DNA of 62,897 nucleotides, filler included, from Octopus bimaculoides (GCF_001194135.2; 6 parts of 6 records of this genome joined end to end with filler, not necessarily neighbours in it), one strand, 5' to 3'. Positions 13,646-27,614 are shown, counted from the whole stretch's first letter. A program made the numbers and translations. Notes: generated by a model from the sequence alone, not told the origin.

Positions 13646-14849
13646 GTAAGTTACACACATTAATTTTTTTCAAGCTGTTTCAATTATTTTCTTTAATAAA
13701 TAGATGTTTCTATTATTTTTATTCTCAATGTTTATAATTTTTATTTTTTCCCTTCTAGTTCATATATATTTTGTTTCTATAATTTAGCTGTTATACATTT
13801 GATTAAACATTTACAAGGGCTCTTTTGTGCAGAGGAAGTATTTTATGAATTATTATTATTGTATGTATTGGGGTGAATCTTGTGTATCTTACAAAAATAG
13901 AAAGGATAAAAATAAAAAAATTAAAATGTTTTGGTGAAAAACTTCGTCTTTGTGGATAAACGGAATCCTCCCTCCACCCCAATATCAAACTTCTCCAAGA
14001 TTAATCCTTGGCTGTTTTATGATTAACTAAGAATGAAAAAGCACATGGAATCCATGAAAGGAATTTTCAAGTAGTGTGTACAATGCCATTGAATATTGAT
14101 TTAGATGGCAAGTTTCAGATGCTGGCAGAGGTCAAAGATGATTCTTAAATGTTTTAAAGACAGAAAGTAATAAGCATAATATGTTTAGAATGGCGAAAAA
14201 AAGAAAAGAAAAATGAAAATGTTGAAGTGTTTTGTGTAAGAAACATCTCCCTAATAATGCTAGTATTTATGCTATTTCGTATTGGTGTTGGGATTATACA
14301 TTGAAGAGGCACTAAATCAATTCTACAATAAAGCAAATTTTTGGCATTGTAAGTTGTCATTAGCTATATATACATTATCAAAACACATGAAAGCATGGCA
14401 ATTAAGAAATTTTGAACAAAGAAATCTTCTGAAATTTGCGTATTATTGTTGAAGTGTACAAAGCCAAAGGATGGAGTTAACTTGTCTATAGTTCGAAGAC
14501 CTATATTAACCACCAAATACCACAGAACTTAGTCTTGACCCTCTTATATTTTGAATTATTGCTATTTAAGCTTGTGCCTGGATGATAAATGCAATCTGTA
14601 TTTTGCAATTAAGGCACATTGTTTATGACAGCATAAAACGAGCTATCATTAGTTATTTAATTATTGAAATGTTATTGATAATGGTGTGTTGTAAGATATA
14701 CTTTTCTTAACCAAATTTCCCAGTCTTATTAGTTTTATCTAGTCATTTATATAATTAGATCGAGATTCATATCTCTTTATATGAAATATAACACCATCTC
14801 CTATCCCAAGCCATATAGCATTTGGCATGGCATATCAATATTTTAATGT

Positions 14850-15085
14850 AGTAAAGATTATTTGCCAACATAACATGGCAGTCCTGGTTTAGGACGAATA
14901 TTGCTGTAATTTAACCCCAGGAGACATCGTCTCCAGCTGGCTATACAACACGATCTGTGTCCTTATATTTTCGAACACAGATCGTGTTGTATAGCCAGCT
15001 GGAGATGATGTCTCCTGGGGCTAAATTACAGCAACATTCGTCCTAAACCAGGACTGCCATGTTATGTTGGCAAACAATCTTTACT
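14850..15085. repeat. Foldback inverted repeat, 111-bp arms and 14-nt loop (MITE-like)
   Basis: Arms 14850-14960 and 14975-15085 are reverse complements with 4 mismatches. Confidence 0.95.
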
Positions 15086-15305
15086 CCAAAGTACTGTTGC
15101 TGAATATCTCTCGTTGTGAGATTTAGAAATAGTAATTTTCCAATATATTAATGTTTGGAAACTGGGATTATCCACACAAAATCTATCCATATGAAGTAAA
15201 TCTGAAGTAATGATCTAAAACAATTCAGTAGACATTGTAAAAGATTAAGTTTGAAAAAAATCTTCAGGAGTTTACTGAATATATTCATTTGTGTTACCAT
15301 TTTAG

Positions 15306-15361
15306 GCGTGGTGGCACCCGCCGGTCTGTCACTAGCAAAGTTGCTCCAAGCCCACGACAAG
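15306..15361 (+). CDS. CLASP: CLASP S/R-rich region exon: RGGTRRSVTSKVAPSPRQ
   Basis: tttAG / GTATGA. Phase 2 in and 1 out fit the neighbours. Confidence 0.8.
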
Positions 15362-16004
15362 GTATGATTTGTTTTACCCATTTCTTTGTGGATATTTCTA
15401 TGAAGTTTGTTTGGTTGTTACAGTTTGTTTTAATCTTAAGCTTCTTTTTTTTTTAAAGATTTTCAATAAAATATTTTCCCTGCTCTAAAATAATACTCAA
15501 AAGAAAAAACCCAGGTGACTTTCTCTGAGATCAAAATGGTTTGGTTTTAAACATCAAGCTGTGACCATCCACAGTTTTAATCAGTTGTTTTCATACTCTA
15601 CCTATGGATATTTCAGGATTTTTGCTTGTTTGTTTGTTAGTTTTGAAAAATTTATGGCTGAAAATACCAAAATGTATGTCACTTAATCCATACAAAGGAT
15701 GTTAAGCCCTTCTATCTCCCTTTAGTAACCTTTAGTTTCTTTTTTCATGCCCATCATCCAGCAACACACCATAGAAATATTGGTAGCAGTGGTGTTTGTA
15801 AGTATCTTAAGGTGCCTTTGACACCAATGGCAATTCTCTTGCTTTCTGCTGCTTCATTTCTACATAAGTACACATTCTCTACATCTCATTCTAATAAAAC
15901 TACCACCAGGAAAATTAATACATTGTCAGTATTTCTAAATTTACATGTCTGAGGGTTCATTATTCAGCTATAGTTTTCTCCAATGTCAGCAACATACATC
16001 CTCT

Positions 16005-16039
<35 letters not shown>

Positions 16040-17860
16040 CNNNNNNNNNNNNNNNNNNNNNNNNNNNNNNNNNNNNNNNNNNNNNNNNNNNNNNNNNNNN
16101 NNNNNNNNNNNNNNNNNNNNNNNNNNNNNNNNNNNNNNNNNNNNNNNNNNNNNNNNNNNNNNNNNNNNNNNNNNNNNNNNNNNNNNNNNNNNNNNNNNNN
16201 NNNNNNNNNNNNNNNNNNNNNNNNNNNNNNNNNNNNNNNNNNNNNNNNNNNNNNNNNNNNNNNNNNNNNNNNNNNNNNNNNNNNNNNNNNNNNNNNNNNN
16301 NNNNNNNNNNNNNNNNNNNNNNNNNNNNNNNNNNNNNNNNNNNNNNNNNNNNNNNNNNNNNNNNNNNNNNNNNNNNNNNNNNNNNNNNNNNNNNNNNNNN
16401 NNNNNNNNNNNNNNNNNNNNNNNNNNNNNNNNNNNNNNNNNNNNNNNNNNNNNNNNNNNNNNNNNNNNNNNNNNNNNNNNNNNNNNNNNNNNNNNNNNNN
16501 NNNNNNNNNNNNNNNNNNNNNNNNNNNNNNNNNNNNNNNNNNNNNNNNNNNNNNNNNNNNNNNNNNNNNNNNNNNNNNNNNNNNNNNNNNNNNNNNNNNN
16601 NNNNNNNNNNNNNNNNNNNNNNNNNNNNNNNNNNNNNNNNNNNNNNNNNNNNNNNNNNNNNNNNNNNNNNNNNNNNNNNNNNNNNNNNNNNNNNNNNNNN
16701 NNNNNNNNNNNNNNNNNNNNNNNNNNNNNNNNNNNNNNNNNNNNNNNNNNNNNNNNNNNNNNNNNNNNNNNNNNNNNNNNNNNNNNNNNNNNNCACACAC
16801 ACATGCCAGACCCTCTCAGAGTTTCTGTCTTCCAAATTTCACTTTCATAGTATAGTTCAACTTAAAACTACAGTAGAAAATCTATATCCAAGGTGCTATG
16901 CAGTGGGATCGAACCTGGAACTTTCGATAATGTTAACTGTGCCAATACTAAGTCACTTTGAAAGTAAATTAACACCAAAATGTCACTCTTCTACAATTTT
17001 TATTAAAAGAAATCTCTGAAAGATTCCAAAATTTGTTGTGGTCACAAGACTTTTCTTCCTTGGTTACTGACTTTGTCCCTCTCTTAAATTCTTTCAGCCT
17101 AATATTTCAGTTCTCTGTGATGGGGCATCATTCATCTCCATTAGAATTCTTCCAAGATTTCTTTCTCGGTATTTTACTTAAGTACCAGCTTGACAATGCT
17201 TTAGTATTCTGCAGCTTCCCATTAAATCTGTAAAGGAGACATCAAAATAAAGCTTTATACATTATTATGGATACACACTGGGCTATTTTAGCAATAAAAA
17301 TATCAGGATGTTATTTTAATTCTAGTTCACCTGTCTTTATTGATTTAACCATGTACACACATACAGACATTTATTATTATTTATTAATTTCTCTATTTTA
17401 CATTAATTTACTCATTATTTTGAAGTTGCCAGTAATTAGTTCAGAGCATTTGAACGCTCTCCCACACCAACCCCATCAAACGATATGGAATAAGAACCTA
17501 TTGTTCTTGCACTCACTTCTTTTTGTTTTATTTGCATAGTCATGTAATTAATTCCAGCAGAAAGTCTACACGTGTATTGTATTTTGAAATGCTCTTTAAC
17601 CATTTACTGGCTACTTCATATCATTAACCTCTCATTGGACTAATTTCATTTAAAGTTTATATTTCTTCCATTATTTTATTCACTTTACTAAGAAATATCT
17701 TAGAATTATTGTTCAAAAACACTTCACTTTAGAACTAACAAATTTTTATTTCCGATACCCCTTTACTAACAAAATACAGTATATACAATAACATAGCTAT
17801 AACCACACTAATTTTTATGGTTTATTCATAAATATATTTACATTAGGTGCTCATATTTGT

Positions 17861-17905
<45 letters not shown>

Positions 17906-18279
17906 ATATGAAAGCTGTGTCTTTGACAACTATAGTGTTGATTTAGCTTGATTTATGTTGTAGATATTAAGTTGTAATATTGTAGTTATAAACATTTTTT
18001 TTTCTTTCTTTTATGTTGTCAAATAATACCTGGTGTTCTTTTAGTTATTTAGCCTGTTGTTGAATATTTTTGCTTTTCCTTTCAAATTTGTTTTTTTTTT
18101 ATTGTATTATATTCATAAACACATTACTGAAGTTAAGGCAAGACACTTATTGTCCCCTCCTGTACCTCTCATCTCTCATCAACTGGCCCAAAGCCACCCC
18201 CCTCTCTATTACTCCCTTCTCCCTGCTGAGGCAGGGGTCTTTGTTTTGCAAAGTACTTGGTGACCCTGCTGGTGCCACA

Positions 18280-18480
18280 TGATAAGCATCATTGCTGGTG
18301 CCACACAAAAAGCACTCATACATTCTGTAAAGTGGTTGGCATCAGGAAGGGCATCCAGCTATGGAAACCATGCCAAAACAGACAATGGTGTCAAGGGTGG
18401 CCCCTGACTTTGCCAGCTCCTGTCAAACTGTCCAACCCATGCTAGCATGGAAAATGAGTATTCAATGATGACGATGATGT
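18280..18480 (+). mobile_element. Copy of the (GAT)n-tailed SINE family
   Basis: ggttggcatcaggaagggcatccagc..ccaacccatgctagcatggaaa shared with 6640 and 29560. Confidence 0.8.
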
Positions 18481-19579
18481 TATCTGCACCAATATACACA
18501 TGTGTAGTACCACCTCTTAATGCCACTTTAAATCTCCACTCTAAGAATATTGAATTCATTGAGAACTGCTGGACTGAAAATCTACAGCACTGACTGTCCG
18601 TCAGGTGCTGCAGCAGTGTCCATCACAACAACTTGTACCAGAACACGATGCACACAAGAGGCTATAGAATGTTTTTGAATGTTTTTGCTGGCACTCAATA
18701 TTCCAGTCAGTCCGGTTACTGGATGGCAGGGTATTCTATAGCCTCAAATAGAGTATTATCTTTAGGATTGAGTCATTCCATATCACAACTCTTTTTCAGT
18801 CTAGGCTGAGGCGTAACAAAAGACTTGTATCTGTTTCCTACTGTTTCTGATGATTATGTACTTGTTAATTGCTTAATCATTTAAACAGCCCAATCCTATA
18901 CAGTGTTATTAGAATCTCAGATGTTTTGTTCCTAAACTAAAATTTGTCTTTCAATTTTTAAACGAAAGAAAAATCAAAATTGAAAAATAGGCTCAAGACC
19001 AGAAATTTTGAGGGGAGGTGTTAGTCAATACCACCAACCCCAGTATTTTACTGGTACTTTATTTCCTATGCTCTAATGATTCCGCCAGCTTTAAATTGCA
19101 TAAATTGTGGGGTAAAATATTAAAGGGTTATCAGATGGTGTGGAGGTTCTTTCAAACTCATTTTGTTAAGATTGTTAGTTTTGTTGTATTTTGCTTTTTT
19201 GTTTTTAATTTTTTATTTCTTTATTGTTATTTGCTGTTTATTGTTTAAAATATTTTCTTCAGTCATTCAAATTTTGCCAATATTTGAAGCCTTTATTTGT
19301 ACCAATTATTATATTTATTTGAAAATATTCTTTTTGTTATTTGTGTTAGTTTATGGATATCAACTTTTCAGTTTTAGTTAGTGGCCATTCCTAATATACA
19401 GAAAAGGTATAGGTAGGAATTCTATATTGAATGGCCAACTGGGTGCACAAGAGATGCAGTGGGATCAGACAGGCTGATAGAGAAGGGCATTGTAAGTAGC
19501 AAATGCACAAGAGTAGTTAGCAAGGAGATAGTATCCATGGAATTTATTCTTTCAAATATGTGGAAGTAGTTATGTCTGT

Positions 19580-19990
19580 TATGAATGTGGAGGTGGGTGC
19601 TTCAGAATGAGGTAAGAAATGGCCAGCAAAATATTACTTCTGTTGGCAAGAACTGGATTTTCTCTGTAAGAGGCAAATTGTATTATTCTTGTGCAGAATA
19701 TGTGACATTGCATGGTAGCATTGAGTGCAGCGGGTATGCAGAAGCTTGGCAAAATGAGGTCAGCGTGCTCTGATGAATGCGTATGGAATGTTGGCACGGA
19801 TGAATGATGACGTACAAGAGGAATCAACTTTGGTGTGGTGTTGTGTGGATATTTGATGCGGGTCATGGTTGATGGCTGAGTAAAGAAGCACTTAGTGAAA
19901 GGAGGGTGAGGAGAAAGGAGAAGACTACTGAGGCAATTACGAAAAATATTGGTGATAGTTGGTTTTTGAATGCTTAGATTCACTGGGGAA
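19580..19990 (-). mobile_element. Degenerate Penelope-like fragment (RT to GIY-YIG linker)
   Basis: KLIPLVRHHSS resembles IPLVLTYHP, and NPVLANR resembles PLVAYRR. Confidence 0.35.
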
Positions 19991-21097
19991 GTGACAATGG
20001 GCTGTAATAAGTGGCATTGGTAAAAATCTATCCGGTTCCTGCAAATGGGGGTGGGGTGGGATATGAAATAATGATGATAATGATCTCTTCCTATAAATAT
20101 TTAGAAAACAAATTTTATTTTATTTTTAAAATTCACTTGCATCTTTAACAGTTCAGCTTAAAAGTTTAATAACAAGCGAGATCTATTAATCTTTGTGATC
20201 AAGTGATAATTCAGTGTTTTGATATTATTAATTCCGTAGTTATCAATACTAAAAACACATTTAGGTAGTCTGACCTTTTAGAACTTATCTAAATTATTTT
20301 TTTGTTTACACTTTGTAAACAGATCCTTTATAAAAAAAAACTTCTGCTTTTTTGATAGCTTTTTATATTCTGTCTGGTTTTAGCCTGTGGACTTTGAAAA
20401 CGTCTCTTACAATAGATGCAAAAAATGTCTTTTGGCCAGTTATTATTCACACTTTGGGGGTGAAAATGTTCAAAAAGACTTTTCTTTAAGAATTTTAAAT
20501 TTCAATATTTGATGATTTTGATTGATTATTTCATATAAAACATTGTTTAGGTTTGAGTAATGAACTTGTTAATTTTATTTACTTATTGACAATAAATACA
20601 TTATTCAAATTCTATGAATAGGAAGTTTGTTTGTGTCTGTTCCTCAATAAGGGGTGGAGGGTATAAATAAATAAATAAAAATCCTCCATCGTTAGTTTTT
20701 CTTTTTTTTCTCCTTCGTATATAAACCTTCTTTTAGAACCCTACAGAATTAACTGATATGCTGTTGAAATCTATTTACATTTTTAAAACACAAACACACA
20801 CAGACAGACACACTTGGCTGTGCATATTTTCCACTTTTTGCAATTATTTTCTTTCAAATATATTGCCAGTATTATTCCAGAACAGCACAAAAGAGACACT
20901 CCCGAAATGAAACTAATATTATTTATTTATAAATGTTTGGATTTTGATTGAATCTCACAATTGGCAAAATTTCAATGTCTGAATTTTTATATTGCAAATA
21001 GTTTTTTTTCTTTCTTATTTTGTAAATATTTTTTTCCCCTGCATGACTTGCTTTATATATTTTTACAATAATTTGCCATTTGTGCTCCTTCTGCCAG

Positions 21098-21127
21098 AAG
21101 TTGGTGGCGAAGGTGATGATACTGAAG
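21098..21127 (+). CDS. CLASP: CLASP 30-nt microexon: EVGGEGDDTE
   Basis: ccttctgccAG / GTAAGC. Symmetric phase 1-1, open frame. Confidence 0.65.
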
Positions 21128-21314
21128 GTAAGCTGAGGTTTTTGGTGATATTTCTTGCCACTTGTGTTACTATTCCTGGCTTCCTGTTGCATTCAGTTCA
21201 GTCATAACCCTTTACTTGTTTTGTGCCATTTTTATTTTTTTCATACCTGTTGTATAGCTTGGATGTTGTTTTTGTTTTGTTTTGCTTTTTTTTTTAATTT
21301 TTATCCTGTTACAG

Positions 21315-21452
21315 ATGGTACTAGAGCTAACAGCACGGGTGGGATAGTGCGCTCTAGTAGTGATCTAGATCTGACTGGCTCCGCACGTATTTATCCTTCA
21401 TTTTCAAGGGCCACAGCACTTAGACTTACTCCAGACAATACACGTTCACTGC
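21315..21452 (+). CDS. CLASP: CLASP exon: DGTRANSTGGIVRSSSDLDLTGSARIYPSFSRATALRLTPDNTRSL
   Basis: gttacAG / GTAAGG. RSSSDLDL corresponds to the CLASP RSRSDIDV motif. Confidence 0.88.
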
Positions 21453-22939
21453 GTAAGGAAAATATTATGTATATTTATAATAAGTGAAAGCTTTCATCTC
21501 CATAATTGTTTCTTAATTCTTGTATTCAACTGAAACTAAGAACTGGCATTCCTATATTACAGAAGCATTAAACTCTTGAAAATCTTGCTGTAATATGGAA
21601 TTTTACAACACAAAAACCTGTTTTCTCATTGACTTTCATGTTAGTAAACATAGATGTTAATGGGAAAATAGTTATTTTTGCAATACAGAATTCCATTTTA
21701 CAGCAATGTTTTCAACAATGCAATGCTTCCTTAATATGGGAGAATCCCTTCATTACAGAACTGAAATTTAAAACCTGATTTTTCACTTGACACTATCCCC
21801 AACTCTGTGCAATCAGTAAGAAAAGGCAATAAGTGAAATATTATTTAATATTAGTATGACTGAAAACAACTAAAATTTCCATTATTGTATTAACATTTTA
21901 TTATAAAGCTCTTTGCCATAAATTTTAACTTTCACCATTTGATAATTGGAAGCAAAAGTAATTATTTGGAAAAAGAAAAAAGAAAGAAAGGAAAATAAAT
22001 TCAAAAATTAAATATTGTAATAAAATACATTTTGTTCCTTTTTTTTTTTAAATTACCCTAAAACCCTAAATATGAATTCAGCCATATATCTTAGTTTTTA
22101 TCCTATTCATGTAATATCTCTTAAATCTTATTGGTTTTGAATAGAAAATCTCTGAAAGTCACCAATAGGAAAACAAAATCGGAATTTAATATTTCATCTT
22201 ATGTAATAATCTTAAACTTATTTGTATTTTTATTCTTTAAATGCTATTCTAGAATAAATTCTGTAAATTTTTAATGCATTTCTTTGCTCAAATATATATT
22301 AATTAAATTATGGTTAAATAATTACACAATTTAGTTATTATTTTGTGGATTTTATATTTTGTTGCAGTTTTCAGTTGAATCTTTATAACTGTATTTATAT
22401 CTGATCTTGATTTCTTTTTAATAAACTGTTTTTTTTTTCTATTGCTACGTACTTCCTTTCTTTTTGAGGATTCCATCTCTATCTTCTCATAATTTCACGA
22501 TAATCTGTCACTCTTTTTTTTTTTAAAAACATTTCACTCTTCAATTATTTGTTACAAATTGCTTCTCCTGGTTAGATTAGCTAGTTCAGGAGTTTTAAAA
22601 GAGATAATCTGAATAATTTAGAGGTTCCTATCTTGATCAACCTTGTGGAATTCTTTTGAATATTGGTTTCTAAAGAGGAAACCATAGGTGGTGGTGGTGG
22701 TGGTGGTGGTGATAGAGGGGATGTTGCAATAATCGTGATTTTTATATATTTTATCAATCCCAGTACAGTTTGAACTTAGAAAGATGAGGCAACAAACTAG
22801 ATTTTATCAAGCATGATGTAGTCAGCTTTCCACTGTCTGAATTATTTTGATCCTGCATGGATGATTTTTCTTTTTAATTATATTTCCTTTGTTTCTTTTT
22901 TTGTTGATCTTCTATAAAATAAGTTTTGAGCTATTTTTA

Positions 22940-23510
22940 TAAACCAATCTTTTAAGACAGCAGAAGTCATGAATATTTACTTGGTGCTGTGTCGGCTTCA
23001 ACATTTGATATTCAGAAGAGGAGAGGCTCGTTAAAAAAAAAAAGGGAGGAAAAAGAGCCAAACTTGTTGTTTTCAATTTGGTTTTCCTGCCTGTCCTCAC
23101 CTTTGGTCTTGAATGTTGTGTAATGACCGAAAGAGTAGAATCGCGAATACAAAGCAGCCGAAATGGAGTTCCTTCGAAGGACCTCTGGAATAACATTATT
23201 CAACAGGGTGCATAGCTTTGAGATCAGGGAGTCTCGGCTCCAGTTCTACAGTCAGGTAATTAGAATGTTGCAGGAACAAATTGCAAGGCAGATTCTTCAC
23301 ACGAAGCCAACCAGTAGGAAACCTAAGGGTAGTCCAAGAATGAGATGGTTTGATAAGAATATGGATAGTCTCAGTTGGTCACACTTGGGAATCCAGCCTG
23401 AATGTCTAATAATGGTTGCTTCTGATAGGACCCTATAGAGGAGGTGCCTGACAACTCTACCCCTACGACCCTCCCTGGAATGGTGGATGGAGAAGATGGA
23501 TGGATGAACT
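22940..23510 (+). mobile_element. RTE-clade LINE 3' fragment
   Basis: FLPVLTFGLEC..ERVESRI..AEMEFLRRTSGITL..RKPKGSPRMRW, typical of the RTE ORF C-terminus; frameshifted. Confidence 0.8.
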
Positions 23511-24857
23511 GATGGTTGGAAAGGTTGTTGGTACTTAAAATAATGCTAAATACATTATAAAACCAAGGCTGGGATTGAGCATGAATGGGTTGACTGGAAA
23601 CTTTCCTTTGAATAATTGCCAAATCATGTTGAAGCTTAAGAATGGTTGCAACTTTACAAATTTTGTATGAAGTTTCTCTTTTCATTTGTTTCACATACAC
23701 ACTGTATTCTTGGATACATTCATTTTCAAGTTAGTTATAAGCTGGGTAAAATGGTTTTTGATATTTCAGTATCTATGTTGTTTATTACTCGTCCTGTTTA
23801 ACTAATTGAAGGACAGCTCTAAATGGTTAATTCACTTAATTTATTTTAAACTCTATTTTTCATAGAAATTAAGGTTATTTAAAGATCAAATATTCAGTTT
23901 TTATAATATAGACTTAGTCTTGAAAAATTTTTTTGCTGTTTTTACGTTTTGATTATTTGAAGTTGGTTTCTTACAAAGCATGTTTCTACATGATTAAGCC
24001 TCTTTTCTTTTTTTATAGATAGCTAATTATAATAATAATTTTCTTTTTTACTATTGGCAATTAACTTGTCTTAGTTCAAGATAGGATACTGGCATTTACT
24101 TTCTCTTGTTCTTTGAACATTTTGCCTACACATATAAAAAAGAATATTGGTAAAAGAAAAAATTTAATTATTGGGGTGGGGGAGGGGGGCAGTTTATTGC
24201 TTTNNNNNNNNNNNNNNNNNNNNNNNNNNNNNNNNNNNNNNNNNNNNNNNNNNNNNNNNNNNNNNNNNNNNNNNNNNNNNNNNNNNNNNNNNNNNNNNNN
24301 NNNNNNNNNNNNNNNNNNNNNNNNNNNNNNNNNNNNNNNNNNNNNNNNNNNNNNNNNNNNNNNNNNNNNNNNNNNNNNNNNNNNNNNNNNNNNNNNNNNN
24401 NNNNNNNNNNNNNNNNNNNNNNNNNNNNNNNNNNNNNNNNNNNNNNNNNNNNNNNNNNNNNNNNNNNNNNNNNNNNNNNNNNNNNNNNNNNNNNNNNNNN
24501 NNNNNNNNNNNNNNNNNNNNNATATACGTGTATGCATATATGGTACTAGCTCAAGTTTTGTTCTACCGAGGTCTTCTGTGTTTCAATCTTACTAATGTCC
24601 AGTAGCTAATACCTGTTTGAGCATTAAACATTGAAATTGTTATTGACCTTCCTTATTCTCAAATATTGCTTGTCGACCAAATATGTAGCATGTGCCTTGG
24701 AATCCTGCTCAGCTGGTCTTCTGGTCTTCTCTCTGACTGGTCACCACCACTACTTCCCTGTTTTAGTCCTCTTCTATAATCTCTTTCCATTTTTGCCATG
24801 ACTTTGCTACCTGTGTGTATATGGCTCCTGGTGTAGACTAGTGAGTTTTATTTCCAG

Positions 24858-24959
24858 CCCGTCACAAGACATCCAGTAATGCTAGCAGCTCCATATCAGG
24901 TCTGGTATCTCCTGAGAGAGGGCGCACACGATCAAGGATAGGGGTGTCCCAGTCACAAC
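24858..24959 (+). CDS. CLASP: CLASP exon: PRHKTSSNASSSISGLVSPERGRTRSRIGVSQSQ
   Basis: atttccAG / GTAAGT, phase 1-1. RGRxRxK..VSQSQP motif. Confidence 0.9.
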
Positions 24960-27449
24960 GTAAGTAAGACTACCATGTCTGGTCCATATACAAATTCATT
25001 ATCAACCAGTAGAAACAACTTTTAGAATTTCCTTCTATTTGTGTTTGTGTCAACAAGCTGTGTAAGAAATATCAAAGTCTAAATGATTAAACTTAAATTA
25101 TTTGTCTAAACGCTCAATTAGCATTGGTACAGTCTTCATTATTCAGCTCAATATCTCATGACTGATTAGTTTAACATTAGCTACGTGGAAGACTGCTACA
25201 TTGACTAATGTAGTTCAATCATTCTTTTGAATTATTTCGAATTTTGACCTTCAAAATTGTTAAGGTAGCTGTGCCCAGCACAACCACAAAACTATTAACT
25301 GGAACCAATGAAAGAGATTGTTTTGTTTCTTTCAGACTTTGATTGTTCCAAGAGACTGGGTTCCTGAAGCTTGAAGAATATGCATGAGATTCTTTACTGA
25401 ACTCAACTCATCAATTCTAGGGACATAGCCAGGCTTTTACTTAATCCTAAATTTAAATTTGTTAATCCTAGTTTAGAATAGAGGCTATTCTTTGAAAGTA
25501 AAGAAACAAAATTACCTCAGCTAAAAGTAGCTGGTTTCATGATTATTTTGTATATATGCAAGTATTTTTTAATGACTATTCTCTGTATAGATTTTTATGA
25601 TTCAGCATATGGCCAAAGTCTTTTTCCATACAATGGAAAACTGGTAAAAAGCATTATTGTGTGAATAGTGTTGGTTTGTCTGTGGAAACTACCCAATCTA
25701 CTTAATATACCACTTAACTGATAGTGTATTCTTCTGGCTTGCTCTTTGGATGACAGTCTTAGAGTGGATGAGTCAAGATGGTCCGTGATGTTTCTGCATG
25801 GAGAGCTTTTTGGTCATCAGTGTGGCTGATTTGTAATGTGAAGTGTTCTCTTGCTACTCTAATCTTAACCTATTCCATTTTCAGCAGTTTTATGCCAAAT
25901 ACATTACTAAATTAGTCCATTTTCAATCACCTTTTGATCACACCAATTTGTTTTAATTTCTTTTATTTTTTAGTTGCTAAGTAATTCTAATTTGCAATAG
26001 ACATTTAATTCCTGCTTATTATATTTTGTACAATCCTTTTTAGACTGTAACTCTAATACAGAATTATGGCTTAATTTTTAATTTATATTACATTTTGCAG
26101 TTTTCTTTTTCATAATGTTCAGATTGTTTCTAAACTGGATTTTAATTCTGACATCACATAACAACTAGCAGAAGTTTAGAAATTAAATTTTCTACTGCAA
26201 AAGTTAACATATTCCAAATTATGAACTGATTTTATGAATTCTATCATTCTTTAGAATTGTCATTTTCATTGGGCCCACAGGCAAAGAAAAAGCAAAAACA
26301 ATAAATAAAATTTAAAAAAATAACATTTTGAATGCAAATTTTTTTTATATTTTACACAATTATTTTTGTTACACAGCCATAATTTAACATCTTGATATCT
26401 ATTACCAAAAAATTTAATGAACACAAAAACAAAATTGGTATTTTTTGTGTGATATGAATTGGTGTTGTATTGTGTTTGTGTGTGTGTGTTACAACTATGT
26501 GATTATGTGACTTATTAAACACTTTAAACATACAGGTTTTTACTGTCTCTCGGCCCTAATATTTTCTCAACATTTTTATATAAATAAAAAGAAGTGCATG
26601 ACTTAGTGTTAAGATGTTAGACTCATCGTAAACTAATAGTTTTGAGTCTGAGACCAGGCAGCACCTTGTGTCTTTGGGGTAAAAAACCCCAGTTCCTTTC
26701 ACACAATTCCAGTCCACTCAGCTGAAAATGAGTACAGGCAACAGCTGAGGGCTAATCCTGTGATGGATTGATCCCAATGAGAGGGAAGTGTAACTTAGAC
26801 ATCATGGAAACTATATGTTCCAACCTAAACAGCTTTTAGACCCAAGAAAAAAAAGAGAAAGAAGCAATGTTCAGTTTTAGTTTAGTAAACTAGAAATAGC
26901 AATTTCTTTCAAGACCTTATTCATTACTTAAATTAATCAACTGTTTCCCATAATTGGTTTTTAATTTTCTTTCATCAAGTAATTTTCTATTTTTAGAAGC
27001 CCTCAGATAATTGTTAATATTTCCTCAATATGGAAAAAGGTTTCTTCTGATTTACTTGGGCATTTTGTCCGAAAGTAAAAATTCAAAAGTACACGTCTTG
27101 AAGTAATTTATCTTTCTTGTATTTTCTTGGGTTTTGTGTTTGATAGTCACCTAAAATTATTATTGCTAGAAAGGAAAAGATGATATGAAGAGAAATTTTT
27201 TTCTTTTTTTTTTTTGTAAAAGGTATTTTGAAATTGGGTTTTGGAAAGCATTGGTTGTGATTGAGACAACAATGAATTATCATAAATGAAGGTTGAACTA
27301 ATAAATGGTCATTATTTTTATAATGTCCCCCCCCCCCTATTAAAAAAAGATATACATATTGTCTATACTAGTGAAAAAATGCCATAAAATAACAAAATTG
27401 TGAGCACTTTTAGCAGCTGCTTTATTTACTCCTGTCGATATAATTACAG

Positions 27450-27614
27450 CAAGTAGCCGATCTGGCTCTCCATCTTCTCGAGTAGGCTACAGTCACCATG
27501 GCACTTCACACCACTCTACACACCACTCAATAAGTACGCCAAAAGCAAGGCGTTCAGCTATACCTAGAAGTCAAGGTACTAGTCGTGAAACCAGTCCTAA
27601 TCGGTCAACCTATG
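27450..27614 (+). CDS. CLASP: CLASP exon with SxIP motif: PSSRSGSPSSRVGYSHHGTSHHSTHHSISTPKARRSAIPRSQGTSRETSPNRSTY
   Basis: ttacAG / GTGAGG. SRSGSP and SxIPRSQGxSRExSP are hallmark EB-binding / GSK3 motifs. Confidence 0.95.

Noticed and set aside
15945-17019. Long ORFs over N runs (also 24076-24605 and 55031-55888)
   Set aside because: Artefacts of translating assembly gaps.
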